DNA from: Leucoraja erinacea
Lineage: Eukaryota
Assembly (NCBI RefSeq): GCF_028641065.1
Contig: NC_073379.1
Coordinates: 9,734,001-9,798,000, forward strand
Length of the DNA stretch: 64,000 nucleotides
Reading direction: 5' to 3'
The position numbers and the translations under genes were made by a program. Shown here piece after piece: positions 12,791-26,090 of this stretch. The notes beneath the pieces were generated by a model. That model searched no databases and was not told the DNA's origin. It saw only the letters and a list, made by a program, of their open reading frames with translations. Every line of letters begins with the position of its first letter. The stretch's first letter is position 1.

Positions 12791-14402
12791 GGACTTTTAC
12801 TGTGTATGTGGGAGACACAGATGGACTGAGCACAGTAACTCGGTCTTACTGTGTGTGGGAGAGGGGGGGGAAGAGACGTACACTCACAGAGGCAGAGTCT
12901 CTCGGCCTGTGTGAAAGGGAGGGAGGGAGAGAGAGAGAGGCACACACAAGGTGGATGTGAGATCTCACCTGTCTGTTTCAGTGACAGACACCCGCCACCA
13001 GTAAATGAAGACACCCCCATCTGTCTCCCCCTCCTCTCCCTCGACTCCCCCACCTTTCCCTCCCAACTCCAGTCCCGTCCCGAACCCCTGGGAAACTGAA
13101 GGGAGCAACAATCAACTGCTACCTGCCCGCTGAGTTAAAGAGTTCCCACGGTAGTAAGACGATGTTAGTTGCGCCCAAGTTTAAATTTCCAACATGTGTT
13201 TCAGAGTAAAGAGTCAGCGCAGAATCCTTGATAATTAAAAACTGTCTGAATCAGTAAGTTAGACCCAAAATGCTGGAGTAACTCAGCGGGCCAAGCAGCA
13301 TCTATGGAGAAAAGGAATAGATTCCATTTTTGGTCGGGACCCTTCCTCGGGATGATTGTAGGGGGGAACTGGAAGCAAGAAAAGACCGGGACAAATCAGG
13401 GCCAACAACAGATGACCTCAGCAGGGTATTTTGAAAAGGGGCCCCGACCCGAAATGTCGCATAACCCTTTCCTCCAGAGATGCTGCCTGGCCCACTGAGT
13501 CACTCCAGCACTTTATGTCTATATTTGGTTCCCTGATAGGCCAATTGTTGGCTAGGGATAGTGTGATCCCAAGAGGGAACCATCGTTGCAAATCTTGAAC
13601 TGGTTAACCGACATTTACTGCATGGGGGGGGCAGGAGGGGGTGGGCGAGGGAGAGAGAGAGAGAGTGTGAGTTACTTAAAATTAAATAATTCAATGTTCA
13701 TAGTGAACACAGACACAACATGTTGGAGTAACTCAATGGGTCAGGCAACTTCTCTGGAGAAAATGAACAGGTAGCGTTTGTGTCTATCTTCGGTAAAAAC
13801 CAGCATCCGCAGTTCCTTCCTGCACAATGGATCTCAGTGTCAAGTCTCTGACTCCCGTTGACAGGCCATTCGGCCCACAGCCCGCCCAGCGATGACTAAC
13901 CCATGTCACAGGGGGATGGTGTGAAGGCGGAGTTAGACAGAGCTTGATTAATGTTACGGTTGGGGAATGGGCCATAATATGGCCAGGGAAACGCTGTTAT
14001 TCGTGACGCCCCCTCCGCCCTTTCCTAGCTGTTCTCAATCGCACCCCTGGCCACACAAAAAAATTATACTTTAAGAAGGAATACACGGAACATTTAAACT
14101 GAGAACGCTTCTAACAGAGTGAGCCATGTGAGCACTTTGATCATTCTCCCTGTATTTGCATTTGACTAAATAGTCGGGAAAAAATGTTTAAAAGTGTTCA
14201 TACCTTTTGCTATGCCTAATTGGCCCTTACCTCTGCGAAAATAGTCTGATATTCGTAGGTGAAATGTCACCAACAATAATTGATTCTATAATTAATTGAC
14301 TAATAATTGACTCTATTAGCGGAAAGATGCAATTCTGATCTAATATTATAAGTGCCTCTGTCTTTGGAAGCAACACCAGCAATTTATTAAATCTGACTAC
14401 AT

Positions 14403-14620
14403 GCGGCACAGTGGTAGAGTTGCTGCCTCACAGCCCCAGAGACCGGGGTTTGATCCTGACCATGGGTGCACCGGTTTCCTCTCACACTCCAGAGATTACA
14501 GGTTTGTAAGTTAATCGGCTTCGGTAACATTGTAAAATTGTCCCTGGAGTGTATAAGAATAGGTGGTCGGTGCGGACTCGGTGGGCCGAAGGGCCTGTTT
14601 CCGCGCTATATCTCTAAAAT
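14403..14620 (+). mobile_element. tRNA-derived SINE (HE1/V-SINE-like)
   Basis: Head gcggcacagtggtagagttgctgcctcacagc...ggtttgatcc (A/B-box-like) and CR1-type tail gggccgaagggcctgtttcc. Confidence 0.7.
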
Positions 14621-15900
14621 CTGAAGTTAGGTAATGTCTAAAGGAACTGCAGATGCTGGTTAATACACACATAAGGACACAAAATGTTGGTGTAACTCAG
14701 CAGGTAAGTCAGATCTGGGAAGAAAAACATAAAAAGCTGGAGTAAGTCAGCGTGTCAGGCAGCATCTCTGGAGAAAAAGAATAGGTGGTGATTCGAATCG
14801 GAACCCTTCTTCAGACATCCTAATCGGAATTGAGTCTGAAGATGTGTCTCGTCCCGAAACATCACTTATTTTTCTCCAGAGATGCTGCTTGACTCGCTGA
14901 GTTACTCCAGCTTTTTGTGTCTGTCTTCATTTTAAACCAGCATGTGCAGTTCACTCCTTTACACGGGTCTCTGGAGAACATTGATTGGTAGCGTTCCGGA
15001 TCCTGCTTCGGAAAGGCATCGCTCGCTGGTCGGCGAGATCTCCGAGCTGTATCTCACAAAGAAGCACATGTGAAAAATTTCTCACGGACCATAAAAATGC
15101 GGGACCTTTCAGTAAAGTCCCTTTTAAAGATTATAGTTATTTTCTTGAATCTCATTAACATAACTCATGAATAAGTTGATGTCCATATGCGGATGCAAAT
15201 CTTTATTTTTTAAATTCAATCCCACAGAAGACAATATTTACTCACCTTCTGTCCCCTCTGTCCAGCTTCCGGTTTCACCGTTCGCAGGAGTTCCCACGGT
15301 ACACGCAAGAGTCAGTACGGATATCGCACTGGCCACTACGTGCATATAATGTTGCAATGTTCAACCACAAGTATACAAGTCACTCTTGGAGAAATTCAAG
15401 CTTGTTTGAATTTTCTCCCGAGTCACCAAGTTACACGAGTATCTGCCGTTAGCGCCATGGTGGTCCACGAATGCCGTACGGTTATCGCAAGAGGTTCCCA
15501 CGAAGTTCAACTCTGGTTAACTCTTGCGTCAAGTCGCCCCGTGAGAAAGGGGTTTATTAAGACGCTGTTTCTACATCTAAACGCCATGAGCCTGTGGCGT
15601 TTAGGCCACCGATCCTCATCTCGTTTCACCTCATTTGCTCCCTATTTTCTTTTGATCTTTCACTCTGTTCGTCACCTCTGCCTCATCTCCCCGGAAGCGT
15701 CTGCATTTAAGGGCAAGCACCGCTCCTCCAGTAGCCCCGCTGCACCCCGCCCAGTTATTTCCTCTACACTCCTCTTCCAAGCATTATCATCCACCCTAAA
15801 AGTACCGAGCAATAACTGTTGCTGCTGTGCCTGTTGTTTGTACAAGCCTTCGCCAGTGTCTCCGCAGGTTTCACTGAAACCTCAGCAATCTGATACTTAC

Positions 15901-16024
15901 GTACAAAGGGTTCCCCTGCAAGGGTCCATTGACGAGGATAAGCCAGGGATACTGGAGCAGAGACACCACGGCTGCCAGAGCGAACGACATCCCCAAGGTT
16001 TTCCCAAAGTGACACAGAGGGAAC
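15901..16024 (-). CDS. SLC43A3: SLC43A3-like coding exon 11 (FPLCHFGKTLGMSFALAAVVSLLQYPWLILVNGPLQGNPLY)
   Basis: cttgcag| ... TAC|GTAAGT; FP..HFGK and AVVSLLQ motifs. Confidence 0.92.
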
Positions 16025-16377
16025 CTGCAAGAGTAGAAGTTTAATGCAAAGCATTGAGTCGTGCCCACGAATGCTTCATCCGACCAATGGAGGTAACTGA
16101 TACAGGCTGGTCTTTATGATCCAGAGGAGCCTAGTCCCAATCTCACATATTGATTGCTTCCGAGTATCACCTCCATTATTCGTTGATTGGCCAAAGCCCA
16201 GGGAACACTCTCTCCCCCACCTGGATTGCCCATTCCCCGCCCAGCCCACAGCCGGTTTCATTTCACCGTCTACTCAAGGTGGATTCAGCATCTTAAATGT
16301 CGCCAAAATCCAGATCTAATGCTTCGGGCTTTGGCAACTAAACCCTGGTCCATCCCCCATGTGACGAGTTCACTTGC

Positions 16378-16570
16378 GTCATGACGATGAATGCATTGAG
16401 TCCGCCATACAGGAAGGCACGGTTGAACGTTAGCAGGATGAAGGTCAGGTACTGAACCTCCAACACGGGGATGGCGGCGCACACCGTGAAGGCAACAGAG
16501 AACGTGACGGTAATGGCGAGAGACAGCACCGCCGATTGCATGTCCGCCAGTCTCTCAGAGACAGCCGAGC
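16378..16570 (-). CDS. SLC43A3: SLC43A3-like coding exon 10 (GSAVSERLADMQSAVLSLAIT...QYLTFILLTFNRAFLYGGLNAFIVM)
   Basis: ttttccccag| acceptor; the 3' boundary needs a GC donor (AC|GCAAGT) to match the phase-2 acceptor of exon 11. Confidence 0.88.
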
Positions 16571-16629
16571 CTGGGGAAAAGAGAAACGTCGTTAACGATC
16601 CGCGCTCCCCATCAGTATCACTATATCTC

Positions 16630-17545
16630 GCAATGTTACAAAATTTTGAGATTTAAAAAATCAAGTCTGCAATTTATCCCATCAGATAAAGCATAACAAT
16701 AAGTTTAATTTGACACCTAATTCACTTTCATATCTCAAGTATTTAAAAAGTTATGGCCATTTTCATACTCGGAAATTAGCATCTTGTTCCCTATTGATTT
16801 TCTATGGACATAACAGAAAAGCTGTGATCGTGGACAGTCAAAAGCCCATAACCTTCTTAAAAATTAAGAGAACTGAATGAAATTTTCAGTTATCATAGAT
16901 TGAACCATTCTGAAACAAATATAAAATAATCTTACTTGGAGGACCTAAAATTAAAGCATATAATTAGTTAGTTACCCAATTGTAGCTAATTTCAAACTTC
17001 AATTACTAGATCTAAACATCTATCAATTTCTTAATAAATGATTAACATTTTTAAATAGCCTAAGTGTCCAAATAATATTCACAAATAATTCACGATAAAA
17101 CATGATTTTTAAATCTCATTTACATCAATTTATAGGCCAAATGGAAGGAATTTAGTGTTCAATTGCTGTAAATTAAAGTCAATTTAAATCAGCTTTCTAG
17201 TGGGTTCCTGTGAACGCGCTGGTTTAGAACGTTCACATTGCAGTGGATTTGTGCCCTCAAATGCCCAGAAAAATACTGCGGGATATAAAGAGCCCAAAAT
17301 GAACTATTCGCTATAGAAATCTTTATATACAGGGTTCTTAAGAAGCCCCTTTTAATGTAAAAATAAGGTACATACCTTTAATTGTTTGCTTTATAAAACC
17401 CTGGGGCTGCGAGAGGTTGCGGGTTGAGAGAGTGATTTTTAAACTACTATAACTATTATACAAGGCCATAAAAACTAATAATACCTTTTGCGACGGGGTC
17501 TTCCAGCGATTTTCCGTTAATGATTTACTAGGCTGAACATTCTAC
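16630..17545. mobile_element. Non-autonomous DNA transposon, copy truncated at one end
   Basis: Starts GCAATGTTACAAAATTTTGAG; ~0.9 kb inverted match to 31140-32073. Confidence 0.8.
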
Positions 17546-18560
17546 ACTCGTTCCACCAGTCTACGCTTGGCCCATATCTCTATAAACCTGTTCTATCTAT
17601 GTACCTGTCTAAATATTTATTACACGATGCGATAGGAAGGAATACTTTATTGTCATATGTGACGAAGCAGAGTGCGATTATTTGCTTGTATTGTATACAT
17701 TTGTATTTTATACATTGTATACAAATAGCACCCACCAAAGGCACTGACCAACTTACAAAGCATGTGCCTGCAACTACCTCGTACCATACGCCCACCAGGT
17801 TTCGTGTGAAAAAGTTACCACTCAGGTGCCTATTAAATCTGTCATTCCTCAATTTAAATCTGTGCCTCTGGTCCCCGATTCCCCTCCTTTGGGCAAGAAA
17901 TATTGTGTCTACCGAATCTATTCCTCTCATGATTTTGTACACCTCTAGAAGATCACCCCTGGTCATCAGGCGCACCAAGGAACAGAGTCCTAGCCTATTC
18001 AAAATCTCCCTAGACACCAGACGTTCGAGTCCTGTGAACATCGCAAATCTTATTTGCACCATTTCCGCTTTGACATCTTTCCTATTACATGGTGCCCAAA
18101 ACTGAACACAATGTTGCCAATACATCTTATCCAACTGCAACACGACCTCCCAACGTACTATGACATAAAGGGCAATTCACTGTGTCGGTCCTCCTCTATA
18201 ATCTTCGGTCCTACCCATGTTAGCGCTCCTAAAATGCAACACCTCACATTTCACTGCATTCCTCAGATGTTTGGACTACTAAATACAGCCCTCCAGTGCC
18301 AAGAGCAACCTTCCACAAACACCCTCTGCTTCGTTGCCTGAAGCCAATGTTATGTCCATTCGGGTATCTCTGCTTGCGTCCCAAGGGATCTAACCTTCAG
18401 AGCAGCCGACCATGCAGAATCTTGTCCAATGCCTTATTGAAATCAATGTATACAATGTGCACAACTCTCTCTGCATCGAGGTTTTTGATCAAATCCTCAA
18501 ATAACAGATTTGTGAGACACGACGTCCCACATACATGTTGAAGATCCATAATTAGCCCTC
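17545..18560 (-). mobile_element. Old degenerate CR1 fragment
   Basis: ORF 17580..18143 CVQFWAP..RLGLCSL..RGDLLEVYKIMRG is the CR1 ORF2 C-terminus. Confidence 0.8.
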
Positions 18561-18627
18561 GTCTATCTTATGTCTGTGACTGAAATATCTGCAATTGAGT
18601 AGAAGCGACTCAGAACTCCCGGGTTAC

Positions 18628-18744
18628 CTGATGTGTCCAACCGCTTGTTTCTCCATTTGTGTCGGTCGAGGATCAACCCATTCCATGGCGCACACAAGAT
18701 GCCGCAAAATTGGATAATACCAAGGGCGTTTGTAAACTTGCTGA
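18628..18744 (-). CDS. SLC43A3: SLC43A3-like coding exon 9 (VSKFTNALGIIQFCGILCAPWNGLILDRHKWRNKRLDTS)
   Basis: acag| ... G|GTAACC; CAPWNGL motif. Confidence 0.93.
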
Positions 18745-18796
18745 CTGTATAATAAAAAACAGAGGGAGAAATCGCAATGTGTTGGGTGCCAAGAAT

Positions 18797-18828
<32 letters not shown>

Positions 18829-18929
18829 GATTGTCACGTGAAAGAGAGACAGAGAGAGCGTCTGCGGGGCAACGAAGGTGCATACAACAGCCATTTAAGG
18901 AAAGAAAATAACCGACACAGATAAAAATA

Positions 18930-19450
18930 CAAACTTGTAGCGAAATGTGCGGCCGAGTAATGTCTTCAGTTCTGGCCACCATGTTATAGGCAATATGTTG
19001 TTAAGTTGGAAAGGGTACAGAGAAGGTATACGAGGATTTCGGTAGGACTCAAGTGTCAGAGCTACATGGATAGGTCGAGCAGGCTGGATCTCAATTTCTT
19101 GGAGCGCAGAAGAATGAGAGGTGATCATGTATAGGTGTATAGACATGTGAGATGAATATATCGGGTAGACGCAAAGTACGGAATCGAGAGCCAGATGCCA
19201 TAGGTTTATGATGAAGGCGGAAAGGTTTAACGTGAATCTGATGGGTAACCTTTTCGTACAAAAGGTGATAGGTGTATGTAAACAGCTGCAAATTTGGTAG
19301 TTGAGGCAGGGACTATTGCAACGTTTAAGAAGCAATTCGACAGGATAGGTTATCGACCCAACGCAAACAGGTTGGACTCATGTAGATGGGGCATGGTGGA
19401 CGGTGTGGTAAAGTTGGGCTGAAGGGCCTGTTTCCGCGCTGTGTTAACTC
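18930..19450 (+). mobile_element. Old degenerate CR1 3' fragment
   Basis: cagttctggccaccatgttatagg, gaaagggtacagagaagg and gggctgaagggcctgtttcc match CR1 3' landmarks. Confidence 0.7.
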
Positions 19451-20543
19451 AATGACTGGAACACTCTAATTGAGATAATGTTGATTATGCTAGGTGGTTC
19501 AATGTTTATTCATGAATTCGGAGACAGGTCTGATTGAGCGCTGGGATAGCGAATTGAGAGTGCGTTGGGATCCCAGGCAAAGTCATGGGGAGCATCCGAA
19601 GTGTGCCTGCATGAGCAACGGGCGCGGTAATCGTGATGTAACTGAAAATAATGCAAAGTGATATATAGTTATTTAGATTAAAAATCTGATTAGTGTACGG
19701 TCCGGACTGATGTTTTGGTTATATATCTGGGAAGCAATTATACTAGGTGTCTCAGTATAGGGCGTTGCACGTAAGGTCACCGGGTCAAAGAGCGGAGCAG
19801 CTCAGTCCTTCTGGAGGACATGGCATACACTGTTAACTTTCTTACCTGTTAAAAACCGCCAACATGGTCATTTTTTTGCGCTGTACATAATTGTGGAGGG
19901 TGACTGAGCGCTATGAACCAAATGCTGTAGTATCTTTGCTCTGAACCCAAGCACCAATTTAAGCGGCCGGAGGAGCGCATCCCTCAGGACAGCCCCCAAC
20001 TCTCCCCCCGGGGTCAGCGCTGTCCGGCAATGGCCGCCCTCCATCCCGTCTCCCCCTGTCCGGCCGCAATATCACGGGCTGTGGGTCGGCAGCGCCCCAA
20101 ACACACGGGGCCGGGTGGATATGGGCCGCGACTCTGGGCAGCGGAGACACGGGGACGACGAAAACACGGCGACGTCTCCGTCAGTTGCAGCAGAGTTGGG
20201 GACAGTCTGGTCCCTCCGCCCACCCATAGTCACTGACCGCACTGCACTGGCACCCCAACCCCCCCCCCTCCCCCGACCGACACCCCGCCGATCCCCCCCC
20301 CCCCCCCCCCCCCCCCCCCCGACCAGTCCCCCCCACCGACCACCCGGCAACGTCCCCTTCAGCAGCAGCACTGTTGGGGACAGTCTGGTCCCGCCGCCAA
20401 ACCCAGAGTCACTGACCGCGCTGCAAGGCACCCAGAACCACCACCCCCCCCCCCCCCCCCCCCACCCAGAACACGAACCCCCACCCCTCCCGGACCTCCC
20501 CGCCCCCCCCCCCCGACCACAAACCACCACCCCTCCCCCATAA

Positions 20544-22450
20544 TTAGGAAAGGAAAAAATAGATTATGAAAGAAAACTGGCAGGGAACATAAAAACAAAA
20601 GTTTTTATAGATATGTGAAAAGAAAGAGATTAGTTAAAACAAATGTAGGTCCCTTGCAGTCAGAAGCAGGTGAGTTGATCATGGGGAACAAGGATATGGC
20701 GGACCAATTGAATAACTACTTTGCTTCCGTCTTCACGAAGGAAGACATAAATAATTTGCCGGAAATAGCAGGGGACCGCGGGTCAAAGGAGTTGGGGGAA
20801 TTGAGTGAAATCCAGGTTAGCCGGGAAGTGGTGTTGGGTAAATTGAATGGATTAAAGGCCGATAAATCCCCAGGGCCAGATAGGCTGCATCCCAGAGTAC
20901 TTAAGGAAGTAGTTCCAGAAATAGTGGATGCATTAGTAATAATCTTTCAAAACTCTTTAGATTCTGGAGTAGTTCCTGAGGATTGGCGGGTAGCAAACGT
21001 AATCCCACTTTTTAAGAAGGGAGGGAGAGAGAAAACGGGGAATTACAGACCAGTTAGTCTAACATCGGTAGTGGGGAAACTGCTAGAGTCAGTTATTAAA
21101 GATGGGATAGCAGCACATTTGGAAAGTGGTGAAATCATTGGACAAAGTCAGCATGGATTTACGAAAGGTAAATCATGTCTGACGAATCATATAGACTTTT
21201 TCGAGGATGTAAGTAGTAGCATGGATAGGGGAAAACCAGTGGATGTGGTGTATCTGGACTTCCAGAAGGCTTGCGACAAGGTCCCACATAAGAGATTAGT
21301 ATACAAACTTAAAGTACACGGCATTGGGGGTTCAGTATTGATGTGGATAGAGAACTGGCTGGCAAACAGGAGGCAAAGAGAAGGAGTAAACGGGTCCTTT
21401 TCACAATGGCAGGCAGTGACTAGTGGGGTACCGCAAGGCTCAGTGCTGGGACCCCAGCTATTTACAATATATATTAATGATCTGGATGAGGGAATTGAAG
21501 GCAATATCGCCAAGTTTGCGGATGACACTAAGCTGGGGGGCAGTGTTAGCTGTGAGGGGGATGCTAGGAGACTGCAAGGTGACTTGGATAGGCTGGGTGA
21601 GTGGGCAAATGTTTGGCAGATGCAGTATAATGTGGATAAATGTGAGGTTATCCATTTTGGTGGCAAAAACAGGAAAGCAGACTATTATCTAAATGGTGGC
21701 CGACTAGGAAAAGGGGAGATGCAGCGAGACCTGGGTGTCATGGTACACCAGTCGTTGAAAGTAGGCATGCAGGTGCAGCAGGCAGTGAAGAAAGCGAATG
21801 GTATGTTAGCTTTCATAGCAAAAGGATTTGAGTATAGGAGCAGGGAGGTTCTACTGCAGTTGTACAGGGTCTTGGTGAGACTACACCTGGAGTATAGCGT
21901 ACAGTTTTGGTCTCCAAATCTGAGGAAGGACATTATTACCATAGAGGGAGTGCAGAGAAAGTTCACCAGACTGATTCCTGGGATGTCAGGACTGTCTTAT
22001 GAAGAAAGACTGGATAGACTTGGTTTATACTCTCTAGAATTTAGGAGATTGAGAGGAGATCTTATAGAAACTTACAAAATTCTTAAGGGGTTGGACAGGC
22101 TAGATGCAGGAAGATTGCTCCCGATGTTGGGGGAGTCCAGGACAAGGGGTCACAGCTTAAGGATAAGGGGGAAATCCTTTAAAACCGAGATGAGAAGAAC
22201 TTTTTTCACACAGAGAGTGGTGAATCTCTCGAACTCTCTGCCGCAGAGGGTAGTCAAGGCCAGTTCATTGGCTATATTTAAGAGGGAGTTGGATGTGGCC
22301 CTTGTGGCTAAGGGGATCAGAGGGTATGGAGAGAAGGCAGGTACGGGATACTGAGTTGGATGATCAGCCATGATCATATTGAATGGCGGTGCAGGCTCGA
22401 AGGGCCGAATGGCCTACTCCTGCACCTATTGTCTATGTTTCTATGTTTCT
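20544..22450 (+). mobile_element. Young CR1 LINE, 5'-truncated, open RT ORF (20615-22354)
   Basis: 579-aa ORF nearly identical to the 4777 copy; TTTCTATG tail. Confidence 0.95.
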
Positions 22451-22879
22451 AACATCCCTATATACTTATATATATGGATACAGGGTAAGGGTACAGTTGT
22501 GCAGATACTTGAATGCAAATGTTGTACACTGGGATACTGGTCAATGTGAGGATTAGGACACACATCTGTGGGGGAATAGCATATCGGTCTAAAGTGAGAT
22601 CAGGTACAGTCTATAAGGGGTGTAGGATGGAACATTTTGCATAGTCACATAGTTACCTGACTGTGGGACATGCGTGTTCGTGGCGGGGGATGGGGGTATC
22701 ATGTGGACACGGACATATGTCTTAATACAGACGAGGATAAAGCTCTCCGAGAACATTATGAAATCTGACGTAGAGTATTGCGGTACATTGGTACAATTAA
22801 TTTCTCTAATTTCTTTACAGATAATGCTGAAGGAAGTCTCGAGGCAACGCATATAATTTTGCAAAGCTTGCACGCTATA

Positions 22880-25600
22880 ACAGGCCGCAAACCGAGGTGG
22901 GACAGTAAACATAGCAAGAGCGGCTTCTTTCTCAGATGAGCTCAATGCATTCTATGCTGACTCTGAATAGAAAGTCTGTGGACATCGACTACTTCGTCAG
23001 TAAAGGGCGCACATATAACAAAGGTTGCTGTAGCAAGCGTAAAATCGGCATTCCTGTGAATGAATGTGCAGCGAAGAACTTGTCCGGATGAAGACCCCGG
23101 ACGCCTAATCAAGACGATTGCGGACCAACGGGAAGAGGAAAATACTGACATATTTAAACTCAGTAAACTCCATCTGAGGTACACCTGATTCAAGAAGACG
23201 ACTATCATCCCGGTGCTAAAACGACTGAGCGCAGTGAGCCTTAATAAGTAGAGTTCAGTGTCCCTGGCATCCATAAACATTTAGTACTCCGATAGAGTGG
23301 TGATGGTGCATATTAAGTCCATTCGATCGAAAGTGCAAAATGATTTGGGAGTGCTGATGCAGGGTTCCCAAAACGTTAATGTACAGGCTGAGTCGATCGT
23401 AAGGAAGGCAAATGCAATGTTATCATTCATTTCCAGAAGATTACAAAATGAAAGTAAAAGGATACAATGCTGAAGCTTTAAAAGGCGCTGGTCCGAACAC
23501 GTTTGGAATATTGTGAGCAGTCTTGTGCGCCGTATCTGAATGACGTGGATAATTGGTTTCATTTATGAGAAGCGTTTCATGGATCTCGGCTTTTGCTGGC
23601 TGACGTTTTTAAGGCCGAGGATGGGACATTACAGAAACCTCCCGAATAATGAAAGGGCTAGCTATAGTGGATTATGAGAGCGTATTCAATACAGGGAAAT
23701 TCCAAATCAAGTGGGCACAGCCTTAGAATAAAAGGACAACTTCAGATTGGAAATAGTAGAACCCAGAGTTTCGTGAAGATGTGGAACGCGTTGCCGCAGA
23801 CGGTGGCGGAGGATAAGTCATCTTTTTAGGGAGATTAGTCGCTCTTTCATTAATAAGGATGGCATCGGGAGAAGGCAGGAACATAGATTTCCCTCCACGA
23901 TGTCATTTCCCCGTGACAACGAGAATGAACCGATGTTGAGTTATGGATGCTACCCCTCAAACACATCTGTTTTAGTCATAGTCGAGTGATTAGTAGAGTG
24001 ATACAGCGTGGAAACATACCCTTTGGCCCAATTTGTCCACACCGGACAACATATCCCAGCTATAGTAGCCCCACCCCCCGGTGTTTTGCTCATCTCCATC
24101 CAAAACCTCATATCCATGTACCTGTCTAACTATTTGTTAAACGTTGGTACTGTCCCTGCCTCAACTACCTCCTTTAGCAGCTTGTTCTAGCCCCACACTA
24201 CCCTTTATGTGGAAAAAGTTCCCCTCGGATCATTATAACATCATTGATCCTTCACCTCAAACTTATGCCCTCTTGTTCTTGATTTACCTACTTTAGCCAA
24301 GATAATCTGTGCATCTATCTGATCTATTCCTCTCATGATTTTATATACATCCATAAGATCACCCCTCATTCTCCTGCTCTCCAAGGAATAGAGTCACAGC
24401 CAAAACAAGCTCTCGCTGTAGCTCGGACCCCCCTAGTCCTGGCATCACCCTCGTAAACCTTCTCTGCACCCTTTCCAGCTTGACAACATATTTCTTATAA
24501 CACGGTGCCCAGAACAGAACACAATACAGGAAATGCGGCTCAAACAATTGCAACATGACCTACCAATTGCAAAATTCAATTCGATGAAGGACAAAGTGCC
24601 AAATGCCTTTTCACCACCTTATCTACCTGCGACTCCACCTTTAAGGAACCAAGCACCCGCATTCCTACATTCCTCTGCTCTACAACATTCCCCAGCGCCC
24701 TACCATTCACTGTGTTGGTCCTCCTCATATGAGACTTTTAGAGTATTGTGAGCAATTTTGCGCACCATATCTGATGGTGTATGTACTGACTCTGGAGATA
24801 GTCCAATGAGGTTTACAAAAATGATCGCAGGAATTGTGGGACTACACATGATGAGCGGTTGAAGGCATTGGGCCTGTATTAGCTGGAGTACAGGCCCAAC
24901 TAATACAACCTGATGTGACCTGCAGCAGTCTGCAATCTCCTGGCACATTTGTTCTTCTACTTCACGTTGACTGGTGTAGAGGTCTGCAGTACACCCCAAC
25001 AAGTTGATCATCCCTTTCTTGTTCTTCAGCTCCACCAATATAGCCCCACCAATGCCCGTCTGTAAGGTCACATCTGACCACCGCAATGGCATCCTTCTTA
25101 ACCAATAGTAACCCCTCCCCTCGCTCCCCTTTTATCCTCAGCACTGTCTCTCCTGAATCTCCTGTACCCCACGAACATTTAGCTGCCAGTCCTGCCCTTC
25201 TCGTAACCAGGTTTAAATAATGGCTACAACGACCCAGTTGCTCGTGCCGTGCGCTAATCTCGTCGGATTTACCCGCAGGCCGCTGTTCGATTAGAAATAA
25301 ATTACGTGCAGTTTAAAACAACCTTAATTCCCCTCTATCCTTCTTCCTGCTGCCTATTCTTTCCTCTAAATGTTCTCTCACTACGCTGCATTTGAACTTC
25401 TGACCTCTCACCTCCCTGTGTCCGATATGAGATCCCATCCCAATACCAATATATTTTAAATCCGCCCGTGAAGCATTAGCGAACCTGCCAGCAAAAAAAT
25501 ATTGGTACGCTTTCAGTTAAGGGAAACCCAGTCCCTTTTGTTTTGTACAGCTCACCCCTGCCCCAGAAGAGATCCAATCGACCAGAAATCTGAATCCCTG
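22880..25600. mobile_element. Cluster of old LINE fragments: Rex1-like RT piece (~22930-23320, +), CR1 3' pieces (~23330-23890 +, ~23990-24720 -), CR1 endonuclease/ORF1 piece (~24900-25600 -)
   Basis: ELNAFYA-like peptide; CVLFWAPCYKKYVVKLERVQRRFTR; AILVELKNKKG..SQREVEEQMCQEI. Confidence 0.6.
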
Positions 25601-25985
25601 CCCACTTCACCAACTACACAGCCACACATTCATCTCCCCTTAACTTTCTGTTTTCACCCTCCGTTCTCTGACATCACTCTGCCTCGTGTGTCTTAATGGA
25701 CACTCCTTCATTTGCAGGCACGGATGCGAGGTTCCTAGTTAAATGAACGGTCTTCCCCTAGCGTAATTACACGCATTTTACTTTTCATCCCTTGTAATTT
25801 TCTTCGACCCAAACAACTTGTGCTTCATTCCTGGAGTCGGCTGAATGGCATATCTCCACGCCATTTGCTGGAGTAATCAGATATCTATAATCTCTCGTCA
25901 TTTACATAATGTTCTAATTGTACACTTCCGCCGGTGTAAACTATTTATTTTTATTCTCCTTTGTGGAGTAAACAAGTCCTAAGAC

Positions 25986-26090
25986 GAAGGTACACAAAAT
26001 TGCTGGAGAAACTCAGCGGGTGCAGCAGCATCTATGGAGCGAAGGAAATAGGCGACGTTTCGGGCCGAAACCCTTCTTCAGACTGACGAT
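25986..26090 (-). mobile_element. 105-bp Penelope-type short insertion with 12-bp target duplication
   Basis: AAGTCCTAAGAC at 25974-25985 and 26091-26102; carries CTGAAGAAGGGTTTCGGCCCGAAACGTC on the minus strand. Confidence 0.75.

Larger units (their letters stand above)
12036..15552. mobile_element. ~3.5-kb non-autonomous TIR element (PIF/Harbinger-like termini) in SLC43A3 intron 11, with secondary insertions
   Basis: tctcacggggcgacttgacacaagatgtaaccagagt (12043-12079) is the inverted match of actctggttaactcttgcgtcaagtcgccccgtgaga (15510-15546); internal GTTCCCACG subrepeats near 12135, 13142, 15290 and 15494. Confidence 0.6.

Noticed and set aside
12363-13053. Overlapping G/E/R- and P/S/L-rich ORFs
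   Set aside because: Translations of the G/A minisatellite.
15340-16044. 234-aa plus-strand ORF antisense to exon 11
   Set aside because: Spans a transposon end and intron sequence; no domain or splice support.
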